DNA of 62,934 nt, counting the filler, from Lenisia limosa (lineage: Eukaryota > Protista > Breviatea): NCBI GenBank assembly GCA_001655205.1. It is 14 parts of 14 records of this genome, joined end to end, with 100 filler letters (N's around TTAATTAATTAA, not from the genome) between each part and the next. Parts side by side here need not be neighbours in the genome. Positions count along the whole stretch, not along the records: positions 10,288 to 15,110 come from LPNZ01002098.1; positions 15,211 to 19,205 come from LPNZ01010424.1; positions 19,306 to 21,599 come from LPNZ01000115.1; positions 21,700 to 27,856 come from LPNZ01004705.1; 10 more parts are not named here. One strand, given 5' to 3'. The notes beneath the pieces were generated by a model. It searched no databases and had not been told where the DNA came from. It was given only the letters and a program-made list of their open reading frames with translations. Shown here one piece after another: positions 13,201 through 25,435 of the stretch (positions are counted from its first letter, which is position 1; every line of letters begins with the position of its first letter). Made by a program: the position numbers and the translations under genes.

Positions 13201-15110
13201 AGAACCGTATCATGTGCCTCATTGAGGGTGACAAGCTAAATTCATGAGCACTATGCACCCAAGTAAATAATAAAGAAAACAGCTCCATCACAAATACAAT
13301 ATATACTTGTCTGTCACTCACCTGTTCTTCGAGGTAGTCTTTTTCCGTTTGTTTCTCATTGAATTCGTTCTTCAACCTGAATGCGTAATCGAAAGGAGTC
13401 TCAACTTTAATGTAAAATCTGAGTGGAAGGGACAAACTATATGGTAAATGATTGGGAGATACTATGTGCCCTGTCTGTGGTGCGTTATGATCGATTCCCT
13501 ATGTCATTTCCAAGGAATATCGGCAAAGACTTAACACGGCCACTGTACAATAACACACAATCAACGAGCAGTGTGGACGGCTTTATAGCAATGAGAAATA
13601 AAAATAAGGCTGTATCTTGTTGAAGCCGTCCACACCATCACAGTTATAAGAGTTATTGGATTCAATCATTTGCATTACAACTCTGTGCACAGCTTTCTGC
13701 GTGCCTCCCCAGCATACCTTATTTCCACACAAATCATCAAAACAACCACCACAAACTGCTGCATCTGGACAGCCTGATCATCGATAGTCTTCTGAGCAGC
13801 TTCGAGTTTCTCTGCAAAGTCTGCGGACTCGGCCTCTGCGGCGGCAACGTCAGCCCGGGCCTAAGTCAGTCAAATGTCTGGTAATACTGGAGAGTAATTC
13901 TAGAAAAACTTGAAAACTTGCATTGTTCTCTGGTTTAAGTATGCAGCCATCAAGAGAAGAAGGCAAATAAATGGTTTAAAATGTCCCAATTGAAACACGC
14001 ACCTGAGCCATAACAGTGTCAAGTTGCGCACAAGCATTACGCCACTTTTCCTCTATTGCCTCCGTTTCCTAAAGAGGTGAGCGCTGCCTTGGGCCCTTTG
14101 TTTTGCCCCCAACGCCAACCTCAACAACAGCACGAGATGCGTTTGCTAAAGACTCTTCGTTGATCTGTTCAAAGTAAAGAAGAATAAAACAAAAATATAA
14201 GTTGTAATGATATTGATTAAGCAAGACCACGCGCACCTCTTCGCTTAGAGCAAGACTGCGCTCCACGGCCGACAGCTGCCCCTCAAGTTCACTGAGACGA
14301 GCTTGCAGTCCGGCCGCCTCGGCTGCCATAACGGCAATCTCCTCGTCTGCCCGTGCTTGGCTAAGTTCTTGCGCTGCCGCTGCCTCCAACGCTCTGAATC
14401 GTCACACTGTTAAAACGGTATCGTAATGCATTGTTTTTTATTTGAAATAGCGAAATTATATTCCATATTTCCTTGCATCGAGATCCATTATCAACTTAAC
14501 TTTACAGAAACGGATCTCCCCCACCCCCACAGTTCTTTGTGAGCTTCAATGTCATCTTGGGCACATTGTTGCATTGTCTCAGCCTTCTCCTTTTCGGACT
14601 GCAATGACTCCTCAAAGGTGGCAATCTGAGCATGGTGAGGTCAACCACAAACAGAAAACACCCACCTCAGAAGCATGGGTTGAAGAAAGGTCGGCAAGAG
14701 CATTGGAGAGGTCCGCAGCAGCTAAAGCGATCTCATGATCCAGCGCTTCTTGGTGGGACTGTTTCAGCGATTTCTCAGCTTCTTCAGCCTATACCGTGAC
14801 TTTTGTTATCGACTTGTAGTCCACTATTCCTCCTTGTTATGCTACCCACCAATTCAAGCGCGTGTTTCATTTCACTATCCTTCGCCTGCAAAGCAGTCTC
14901 TAACTCCAACTCTCGCTCCTAGAGAAAAGTGAATACACTGATATGACCAATTCAAACATGACGCATTTGGCCTACAGTGAGACGCTGGATTTCAGCCTTG
15001 GCCTTTTCAAGCTCGGTTTCAAGTTCCTCGGTCCGGACTTTCTCATTCGACAATTGGATATCAATGTCCTCAGCGGAATTTAGGGCGGCACGCGAGGCAG
15101 CATGTTTCCT
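10288..15110 (-). CDS. Long coiled-coil protein (A/E/R/L heptad-rich), multi-exon, open at both scaffold ends
   Basis: The ORFs 10366-10746, 10859-11761, 12066-12719 and 14069-14389 plus smaller exons join through GT-AG introns, e.g. intron 10806-10974 gives ...SSLLG-AQADTDALDIDRAELEERLMESQ... Confidence 0.85.
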
Positions 15111-17343
15111 NNNNNNNNNNNNNNNNNNNNNNNNNNNNNNNNNNNNNNNNNNNNTTAATTAATTAANNNNNNNNNNNNNNNNNNNNNNNNNNNNNNNNNN
15201 NNNNNNNNNNGGGGGGGGGGGGTGAAGAATGGGAATGGACATTGATGAGAGAAGCCCAAAATCAGCTCTATTTCTCCCTCCCTCCACACTTTCTGGCAGA
15301 ACGAAGACATCGAAGGTAGTAGAGGGCTTGGCGATAGTACCTGAAATGTCAGACATGTAATATTTAAGTAATATTATAAAATGGTAAAGTGATTAAGAAC
15401 CGATGGAAAGCTCATAGAGGTGTAGCAGTACAACGAATGAAAGACTTACTTTGTTAAGGTCGTGAATAAGAGGTCTGCTACGCAAAATAAAAAAGAACAA
15501 ATAACGGTGAAATGAAAAAAAAAAAAACATTCAATATTGATTGTANNNNNNNNNNNNNNNNNNNNNNNNNNNNNNNNNNNNNNNNNNNNNNNNNNNNNNC
15601 TTTGTTTTGTTGAGTTTTTTTTTCTTTTTTTTCTCAGCATTTAAGTCTCATTTAATACTCTACATATTCTTGACATTATGATTATCTCAAAATGCCCAAA
15701 TATGAAGTTCCGCGGCGGCGGATACGCCTTAAGTTGAAGCATTTTTGCACCTTCCCCAGCGTGTATTTCTTTTACTATGAAATCTTTGTCAGCTGAACCC
15801 ATACGTTTCAGTGGAAGTTCTAAGCGCCCAGTTGACACCACTCCTTCACCTGTTGCAGGTAGGCAAGCTTTTAGACCCCTGTTTCTTTCATATTTGAAAA
15901 GACCATTTATTTGCGTAGTTCTGCCGGCTGCAAGGCGTCTTGTCAGCCTTGACGGATATATTATCCCTGATCCCGAGACGGTGGTGGCCGAGACTTTGTC
16001 AGGCAATCCACCCAAACCAAATACGAGGAGGGTGATCATCTAAACGATGCTGGTAGGGGTTTAGAGATTGCCCTGGTGGCGTTGGGCCTTATCAATTCCC
16101 TCTTAGGTCAAGAGGCGTTCGAGCGGTTAAACGAATTTAAGGACGGTTCGTCATTCATCTGAATTATTTAAGTTTCACCGCTTTCAATGTTCAAACGCCC
16201 CTTTATGAATTGACTTTGATATTGATAGAGAAAAAACATGCCTCACTGGCGAATGGTCTGCCACAGATTGCAGGGATCGCAACTCGGTCAAATGCGCTCT
16301 CGGCCACAGTGCTCTCAGTCCGTGAAAATGTGCCATGATTTGGCTGCTGCCGTCCAATTCAAGAGTTGGTTATGTGTTTCGTATTGTTCCACTTCATATT
16401 GCGTCTTTGTCCAGCCTCCTAATTTTTGCAGCACGAGTCGGTTGGGAATATGATGTCATCGCTAACGACCCTCATGAGCTCCGTCTCTCTGGTTCGTTCT
16501 TGATAATGCAAATTCCTCATTGTCACCCAATATTTCATCACTAATGGTTACAGGCTTCATCATCGCAAGCAAAAAAATCCGTAGGTGTTGTGGCTTTAAG
16601 AATCTTCTGGGAAATGACTATATTGCCTGTTGTTTTATTTTCACGTGAGCTGCTTGTACTCCTGGTTTTTTTTCTTTTTTCTGATGGCAACCAGTTCTCA
16701 GTCGATGCTCTCATTGACTACACAAGTTATTTCTGATTTTTTTTTGTGTTCAGCTATGAGAGCCACGGGTACCCAGGAGTGCGGTAAGGACAAGTGGGAA
16801 CCTCTAGTCTTGCACCAAACACCTTTTGGTCATGAGAGTATGGTCCATTTTTTTTTTGGAAGTTTTCACCTGTTTTTGTAGCGAAGTGGGGAGCAAATGC
16901 CCAGATAAAATCATGCAGAAAGAGAGAATCTAAAAAAGAGGAAGAACAAAAAAAAATGCAGAAAGGAAGTCGAGAAAAGAAGGAAATATAACTGGGAAAT
17001 GATAAAGCAAAACAAAATGAAATAAATAATGGAAAAGAGTGGGGTAGAGAGATAGGATAATGATCAAAACTTAATCAAAGTGTGATTATACCCAATATTG
17101 CCATCATGTTCATAAAGGGTAGGAAGCAAACTGGTGAGCAAGAAAGTATCTGATCTATTCATGGAATCTCAGCTTACTATTGTGTTTACATAAGTTATGT
17201 TTTATTTCTGCATAAAAAGAGGGNNNNNNNNNNNNNNNNNNNNNNNNNNNNNNNNNNNNNNNNNNNNNNNNNNNNNNNNNNNNNNNNNNNNNNNNNNNNN
17301 NNNNNNNNNNNNNNNNNNNNNNNNNNNNNNNNNNCACACAGAC

Positions 17344-19205
17344 CTGGATGAATCGTGCAGCAAACTCTTCTTCGTTCCTTACAAGCTGCTCAAAGTGTAC
17401 GTAGTCTAAGAGTAATGGTCAAAAGTACGCAGTGGTCACGATAAGGTCTGCCCTTCTTTCAGTGCTATTTCACATTGAATTCCAATAACCTGGTGGTGCA
17501 TTCTAATACTAACTCAAACCCCCCCATTATACCCGATATGATTTGCTGGTGGAAATTGAGGGTCAATTTGTTGGTGATGACAGCCACCAGGAGAGCCGTT
17601 AAAGTCACGCCAAAGAGAGCAGTTACAATACTGGAGGATTAGATGCTCATCTCACAATGTGATGGTTTTTGTAGCGTATGTAGTTCCAAAAATAAAAAGT
17701 GATACAAGTGGAATTATTATGGATAAGGGAGAAAGTGCATTGGTGGAGAGAGGTGCAATATTGAATAGTTAGTGAAAGAGTTACTACTACAAGACTAGGG
17801 GGGAAGAGCAACAATTAGAGCCTCCCTATGAGAGCTGAAGTACCGATGTGGATCTGGGAAAAAGGTGACCTCCAGATATTCCAGATGAACCTTTTGCCCG
17901 GATCTGCAGCCCCTTGCTCCCCGGTATTAAGTACACCATCGCAAACCTCAAAACTTGGCCGACCCGTGTGGTTGGGCTGGAAAGTGAGTGGAATAAGTAA
18001 GGCTTCCCTTCGGCCAGAGTAAGACATATCAATATTTATCGAGGATTAATTGAGATTAGGCTGCTTTTTCGGTACATAGTTAATCTCTAGACAAGGAGTA
18101 GGAGGTGTGGATATTGGTGCAGTGATGATGGTGTAGTGTGCCCCCCCCCGACAAGATATCACCGTATCCAGTGGAGGTCATAGTGATGATGGTGTAGTAC
18201 AGAGCGTAGAAGTAGTCTGAAACTAAGTCCGGCTGGGCCTTCCTGGGGGGGGGGGAGGTAAAATTGGAAATTATGTAATAAAAATAAAAGCCCAAAGTCA
18301 GCTCTGTTGGCTGACAACACACGAGGGTAGAAAAAAACAAAACTACGCCCAGGTATCCATCCCATCAAACTACGCCCAGGTATCTATCCCATCATTCACA
18401 AGTGAAATTAAGATGATTCGATAAAGAATGGTGTGAAGGTCAAGCTGTCATCCCCCCTCCCCATCAAACCTCTCAGCAACAAAAGAGAAGTAGGCCAAAA
18501 TGAAGCAAATCGAGATTCCAACCAGAGAGACTGTAATGAGAGACCTTTGAAGTGAAAAGTATGTCATTTTTGCGAAGAGGTATTATGCGATATGAAAGTA
18601 CAATCGTTTATACCAACAGCTTAAATGTCATGTGTATAATGAAATTAATCCTACTGTTCATCTTCCTTCACAACTTTCAATATTATCGGAAGACACTTTA
18701 ATAACAACACAAACATCCATCTCCCTTAAATTAACATCAAACATTCTAAAGACGGATACGCTATCGATATTTATCTAGGATTTACCGGGTATAAGTCTGT
18801 TTATGACAAAGGTGACGTTTAAATTAATCAAATAGCCCCAAATCAAATAACCACGTTTTGCCCCAAATCAAAGAACCACGAAAGACCAGCCCACCTTCTC
18901 GCAAAGCTGTCCTTTATAACCAGTGAGGATGAGAAGTCCACTGCCTGCGCTGCATCCGGCCTGGGGTGTGAGGAGCGGGGGTTGCGGGGAGTAAAATTTG
19001 AAAATTTATGAAACAGAAAAGCCCAATTCAACTCTGTTGGGTGGGTGGAAATATGGAGCAATTTGACCAGGCAAAAGGTAATAAAACCTTCATAGTGAGC
19101 TCACCCGTTTTCTATAATATCATCACGGTCGCGGTAGAGGTTGGAATGGTCACGCAATACGCGCACTACTACGTAGAGGCGCAGCGCCATCAGCATGCCA
19201 ATCGT
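17344..19205 (-). CDS. KCNN-like: Small-conductance Ca2+-activated K+ channel-like protein (SK/KCNN family), S4 to calmodulin-binding region, partial
   Basis: Spliced exons give S4 MLMALRLYVVVRVLRDHSNLY, linker VDFSSSLVIKDSFAR, S5 SLITVSLVGISICFILAYFSFVAER, pore YFYALYYTIITMTSTGYGDIFPTTRVGQV, S6 IVTALFGVTLTALLVAVITNKLTL and YVHFEQLVRNEEEFAARFIQ. These are collinear with the SK motifs LRLYLIARVMLLHS, RACER, SIGYGDMVP and ALVVAVVARKLEL. Confidence 0.88.
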
Positions 19206-19898
19206 NNNNNNNNNNNNNNNNNNNNNNNNNNNNNNNNNNNNNNNNNNNNTTAATTAATTAANNNNNNNNNNNNNNNNNNNNNNNNNNNNNNNNNNNNNNN
19301 NNNNNTCTTCTAAGCGCCGGTTAGTTGCTGTTATCATCTTTTAATATTTTGGATATCTTTTGTTGGCACGACAGTCCCCCTCCGTGTGGTGCTGACTTGT
19401 TATTGTCATAAATTAACGAATTGTTGACTTTTAGACGGCGACAGTGATTTAGAGACGGGTCGACCTCGTCACTTGTTCCTCTTAAAAGATGGAAGGTAGT
19501 TCGCATCTTGGCGTTTCTAAAGACTGTAGACGGCAAAGCGGCCTCTCCCGCAACGACACCTAAGACAAAAAAGGTTGTCAAGATTTTCAGAAAGAAGAAG
19601 GTCATCGTCAAGAAAAAGAAGGTTGACTTGGGGGATCTGAAACATTATTTGGGGAGAATGGATGAAAGTAATATGAGGGCTAAATTCAAGATAACTCCCT
19701 CAGTTTTACTCCTAACCTTGATGTTTTTTTTTGTTGTTGTTGTTTTGTTGTTGTTGTTTTGTTGTTGTTTTTGTTTTTGTTTCAAAAATATTACTCCCAG
19801 TGTATTATTATTATACATATATCTACACTATAATATGGATATCTCTACATATACATGGTTAAACTAAACTGTATCTTAACTCTGAGTTGAAACACGAG

Positions 19899-20022
19899 TG
19901 TATGTATCAATCTAAACAGGGTAACTTTTGTACCAATCTAATCAGGGTACTGCATGTATCACTCTAAACAGAGGACTTTTGGTACTGCATGTATCAATCT
20001 AAACAGAGTATTGGTACTGCAT
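19899..20022. repeat. Degenerate minisatellite
   Basis: Recurrent GGTACTGCATGTATCAATCTAAACAG(A/G) units. Confidence 0.7.
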
Positions 20023-20368
20023 ACATATCATATATTATATTATATATCATATGTATAATATACATAAAAATATATCATTATATTGTGTAGTATATATTAT
20101 GATATAGTAGATATATATCATATAATATACTAGTATTAAAGTGACTGGGATAAGTCTTGACCGATTTGCTATGTGATTTCCCAGGGACAATTGGTCAAGA
20201 CTTATCCGGTGTATACAATAGCAATGAGAAAGAAAAAAAATTAGGTAGTATCTGGCCGAAGCCGTCCTCACCATCACGCTTTTAAGAGATATTGAACTAT
20301 AGTATCTGGCCGAAACCGTCCACACCTTGTTCCAAATTTATGTCATCACAGGTTGTGTGACCTTTTAG

Positions 20369-21599
20369 GAAACTTCAACTCCCAAGAAGTCTAAAGGGGG
20401 TGAAAATGACACCCCTGCACAAACCCCCATGAAAGGTTGGGAGGAAGAGTTACAATTGGAGGAAACGCCTGTGAAATCTGTTACATCGTTGACGGAAGGA
20501 GAAAATGCAATCTCTGAAGTAAAGAAGGAAGAAGAGAAGACGGAAATTGAAGATAAAAAGCAGGAAAAGAAAGAAGATGAGAAAGAAGAAAAGAAAAAAG
20601 TGAAGGTGGAAGAGAAGATTGCGGAGAAACAAATAGAGGAGAAGAAGGTGAAAGAAACGAAGATAGTCGAAGAAAATCAGGAAGAAAAGAGTGAGGAGAA
20701 GATTAAAGAAAAGAAGTTTGAGGAAAAGAAAGTCGAGGAGAAGAAGGTAGAGAAGAAGGAAGATAAAAAACCAGATGACAAAAAGGTTGAAGAGAAGATT
20801 GAAGAGAAGAAGACAGAAGAAAAAAAGGTTGAAGAGAAGAAGTTTGAAGAGAAGAAGGAAGAGCCTAAGGTCGTTTCCACTCCCGCTAAGCCAGCCCAGG
20901 CAGGTGGATGGGGTAGCGCTGACTGGGGTACTCCATCTTGGACCACTCCTTCTCCCACTCTGAAGGTTAAGCATCTAGAAGAAAAGAAGGTTGAGCAGAA
21001 GAAACCAGAAGAGAAGATAGAGGAGAAGAAGGTAGAGCAGAAGAAGGTTGAGAAGAAGAAACCAGAAGAAAAGAAGGTTGAAGAGAAAAAGGTTGAAGAG
21101 AAGGTTGAAGAGAAGAAGGAAGAGCCTAAGGTCGTTTCCACTCCCGTTAAGCCAGCCCAAGAAAGTGGATGGGGTGGTAGCGCTGACTGGGGTACTCCGT
21201 CCTGGGACACTTCTCCTACTCTGAAGGTCAAACAGGTTGAGCAGAAGAAACCAGAAGAGAAGAAGGTTGAAGAGAAGAAGGAAGAGTCCAAGGTCGTTTC
21301 CACTCCCGTTAAGCCAGCCCACGCAGGTGGATGGGGTGGTAGCGCTGGCTGGGGTACTCCGTCTTGGACCACTTCTACTTTGAAGGTTAAGCAGCCAGAA
21401 GAGAAGAAGATTGAAGAGAAGAAGGTAGAGGAGAAGAAGTTAGAGGAGAAGAAGATTGAAGAAAAGAAGATTGAAGAGAAGAAGGTGGAGGAGAAGAAGC
21501 CAGAAGAGAAGAAGGTTGAAGAGAAGAAGGAAGAGCCTCAGGTCGTTTCCACTCCCGTTAAGCCAGCCCAGGCAGGTGGATGGGGTGGTAGCGCTGACT
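20369..21599 (+). CDS. E/K-rich protein with four GW/WG-containing repeat units, partial
   Basis: Open exon from the acceptor at 20368 to the scaffold end. EEKK low-complexity tracts alternate with VVSTPVKPAQAGGWG(G)SADWGTPSW(T)..TLKVK units starting at about 20861, 21122, 21284 and 21533. A possible upstream exon lies near 19500-19690. Confidence 0.85.
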
Positions 21600-22851
21600 N
21601 NNNNNNNNNNNNNNNNNNNNNNNNNNNNNNNNNNNNNNNNNNNTTAATTAATTAANNNNNNNNNNNNNNNNNNNNNNNNNNNNNNNNNNNNNNNNNNNNA
21701 CGGCTTCGGCCAGATACAACTTTGTTTGTTTTTTTTTCATTGCAATATGCATATCATATGATATACTATATTGATATGTAGTATAATATCATATATATTT
21801 TCCCTGTCTCTCAAGAAATGACTATTAGGTGGAGATTTTGGTTCATCCCTCCTTTGACAGTGTACCTTCAACTTCAAGATGTGGGAGGGGGGGGGGTAAA
21901 ATGATGTAGAAAGTGATGCAAGAAAGGCGGCCGGTAGACATGTGGTCATTTTTAATACAAATAGGTGGGGGGTAAGGAATTTGATGGTCGATATTTGAAG
22001 TGTACAGTGACCTTATAAGTCTTGACCTATTTTCCTGGGAAATCACATAGCAAATTGGTCAATCGCAAGTTACTGTATGTGGGGACTTTTTCTATCCACG
22101 AGTATCCTCATAAGGGACTCTTTTTCACTCCCTTCCCGCGCGTCCTTACCTCTTCCTACGAATTGTCCCAGTATTATGCAATCAAAAATCCATATCACAG
22201 AAATTAACGGGGAACCAATGAACATGTTTGCCTGCGAGCGGACTTGTTGATTAGTAGCGGGATACCTGGCGATCTTTAACTCTCTGGAAATCAAGAAATT
22301 GCAGTGACCAGAATATGTCTTGGCCGATTTGCGCTGTGATTTCCGAAGGAAAATCTGTCAGACTCATCCCGGCCTCTACACCTATTATATATAGTAGTAT
22401 ATCTACTCGTCAACTCGCGACGGGACCTGGTTCTTATTCTTAATGCGATCCTCTTGCCTTTTAAAACTCAAACAAAACAAGATCAAACTTCTCACTTTAT
22501 AGGCTCAGTAACCCCATTGAATGACGGCCTGTGAGGGGGGTCCTTTTTGTAGGGGCTGGTGAGGTTTGGTTTGTTTTGTTCATATCGTATATCATATATA
22601 TGACTGTTTTATAGATTAGTATATTTTGTATATAGCTAGCTGGTATCGTGTTAAAAGCAGTTTATATCAAATGAGGGGTGTTTTTATATGTGTTTGAGAG
22701 GGGGGGGTTACAGGGGTACTTTTACTGCTATTTCAACTTTTAGAAGCCCTTAGGCTATCTAATAACAAAAAGACCGGTAAAATATCGATATTTATCGAGG
22801 GATTATTGGGAAATTTAGTCTTTTTGTAAAGCCTCACTATTAACACTTCAG

Positions 22852-25249
22852 CTCGACTTACGAGGACGCTATTGCCGTGTTGAAGACCCTTCCTCCCCTC
22901 AGTGATCTTTATGTACGGTTAAAGCAGGGTGGTAATTCAGAACGTGGCTCTGATTTTAGTTCAATTTTTCTCTAAGATTGGCGCATATTGAACGTGATTT
23001 ACTCCAAAGCTTGGTGTCTTTCAAACTGAAGTAATGGGTAGTTCTTAACAAAAAAAGTAGTTCGTTTCAAAGAAGGCGTCTTAGAACAATTTTCTAGCAG
23101 CATTCGAGGCAAATTCTGAATTACCACCCTGCTTTAACAAATATATCTTGAGGGATTCTCTACGATCCAAAAAAGACGGGTTGAAGTATCGATAATTTTG
23201 GGAGGAAATTTGGAGAAATCTGTCTTTTTTGAAATTGTAGGCAGTCTCAAGATATCCACTCGGTGTTTTTTTGTTTATGTGTCTCTTTTAGGAGAATATT
23301 ATCTTGGAAACTTGTTCTCTTTGGATGATTCCTCTTACGTGAGTCAGCTTCCTGTCATCAACTTACCATATTAGGAAGGTTACTGTCATCTACTTACCAT
23401 ATTAGGAAGGTTCCTGTCATCTACTTACCCTATTAGGAAGGTTTAGACTGGGGGCGTTGCTTTGCAGACACCTTAGGCAGTATGCCGTCATTTGTGTCGA
23501 GTCTCTGTTCTGTTGCAGAGGGTTTGTGGGGTTGTTGGTGGTGCGGACAAATCAATTACGGGAGTGATTGGATGCGAATACCCCCCCCCCCGNNNNNNNN
23601 NNNNNNNNNNNNNNNNNNNNNNNNNNNNNNNNNNNNNNNNNNNNNNNNNNNNNNNNNNNNNNNNNNNNNNNNNNNNNNNNNNNNNNNNNNNNNNNNNNNN
23701 NNNNNNNNNNNNNNNNNNNNNNNNNNNNNNNNNNNNNNACAACAGAATTGATTTTGGGCTTTGTTTGTTTGTTGTTTTCAACCCTCGTGTGTTGTCAACC
23801 AACAGAGTTGATTTTTGGCTTTGTTTTGTTGTTTTCAACCCTTATATGTGTTTCTCAAGTGTTTAGCCAATTTGCTGTTTGCTTAATCGCACCCCACCAC
23901 TCGCCCTCAGCTTCTTACGTACTGCACAGTCCCCAAGGTTCTCGAGTTAACTTCCGGGCAATATATTGTGCTCTCTGTACTGGAGCTTTCCAAACTCAAA
24001 GAAGCCATTATGGATGGGCTACCCAAAACTACTGCTGGTATGAGTGGTTGTCTAACGGTTCTGAAAAGACTGCCTTTTTCTTTACGATAAATAGGAAGAA
24101 CGAATACTTATAATAATAATACCAGTACTCAGTGGGTTGTTTTTTGAAGACTTGTGTTGACAATTTTTGAAATTCAAGTGTCTGAAATGGAGTTCTTGTG
24201 ACCGGGATAGTCTTGACCTATTTTCTTAATCGGTCAAGACTTATCCTGGTCACACTGTATGTCCTGCTTCAAAAGTCAAAATTATTTCTTGATTAATTAC
24301 TCAGAGTCAATATTGTCAATTTTTGGGAATACATTATGCAAGATGATAATTAAGAAATATATGCTGGTATTGGGTCTTTACTGTTCGTAAATTTTCCAAT
24401 TTACTCTCTCAGGAATAATTGTGACGCAGCTTGCGGAGGACGCTCAGATGAGCACTGTAATCCAGTCCCTCTTTGCCCAGGCTTTTGAGGCTCTTGCTGT
24501 GGGTGATTTTTTCGGTCTTGTTATTTGCTGTGAGCTTTTTTTTTTGTTTCAAAGAGTCCTACTTTACGTACGCCAATATTCGTCATCAATCGTTTTACTC
24601 CCCCTTAGACTGCCCGGAAACCATCGAGCGTTGGAGGGCCGGAACCCTGGGCAACCTTCTTGCTTGCTGTTCTGGCGTTTGTTCCTTCTTGCCTCCGCGC
24701 CCTTGTTTTCACAACGGTTTGGGGAGGGGGGTCTACCTTCTTTCTTTGTTTTTTTTTTAAGGGTTGTAGCACTTTTTCTTTCTTTTTTATTGTTTTTTAG
24801 GGTTGTGGCACTTTTTCTTTTTTGGGAGGGTGTTTCTATTTAATCATTNNNNNNNNNNNNNNNNNNNNNNNNNNNNNNNNNNNNNNNNNNNNNNNNNNNN
24901 NNNNNNNNNNNNNNNNNNNNNNNNNNNNNNNNNNNNNNNNNNNNNNNNNNNNNNNNNNNNNNNNNNNNNNNNNNNNNNNNNNNNNNNNNNNNCACGATAA
25001 CCATTCCGCAGATTGTTCAGCCTACTCTCTGTGAGCTGAAGACCGAGCAGAAGTGGAGCAAAACCCTCATTAACGCTGTGGTCACTGCTGAAGTGGGGGA
25101 GGGGGGCAACAGCGTTGATTCTGGGTTGTTTTTGTTTTGTTTTTTGTCGAATTTTATTGTTGAATTTTACCCCCCCCCCCTTTCAGGACGCACTCCTTCT
25201 TAACAACCTGGCACGAACGTGCCAAATTCCTGCACTGGCACCCCCTGTG
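22852..25249 (+). CDS. Unidentified helical protein, at least 8 exons
   Basis: Exons STYEDAIAVLKTLPPLSDLY / ENIILETCSLWMIPLT / HLRQYAVICVESLFCCR / LLTYCTVPKVLELTSGQYIVLSVLELSKLKEAIMDGLPKTTA / GIIVTQLAEDAQMSTVIQSLFAQAFEALA / TARKPSS...LVFTT / TITIPQIVQPTLCELKTEQKWSKTLINAVVTAE / DALLLNNLARTCQIPALAPL-stop, with consistent phases where the junction is not in an N gap. Confidence 0.65.
22919..23137. mobile_element. TTAA-flanked MITE with a perfect 20-bp TIR AGCAGGGTGGTAATTCAGAA
   Basis: TTAA at 22919-22922 and 23134-23137 flank an exact inverted repeat; the element sits inside an intron just after a donor site. Confidence 0.85.
23349..23443. repeat. Tandem repeat, 3 x 31 bp, intronic
   Basis: Unit TT(C/A)CTGTCATCTACTTACCATATTAGGAAGG at 23349, 23380 and 23411, with no spacers. 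Confidence 0.9.
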
Positions 25250-25435
25250 AACCACCCGACTGGTTTGAACCCTTTTTTTGAATGAGAAAAATAATTAACA
25301 TACATTAGAAATCTCGGGAAACAAATAAAGACATAAGGATACCATAAACAAAATATCATACTTCCGCACCCACGCTCCTTGGCTAAACCCCTTGTGGAAA
25401 TTGATTCACAATTGACTTCAAATTTTACCCCACAG

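Noticed and set aside
15641-16039. 132-aa ORF and neighbouring ORFs at 8422-8870 as recognisable genes
   Set aside because: There is no identifiable motif or consistent splice model; they may be coding but I cannot support a call.
23349-23443. 31-bp and 32-bp repeats (also 26853-26955) as CRISPR arrays
   Set aside because: The units are head-to-tail with no unique spacers, they lie in eukaryotic introns, and there are no cas genes.
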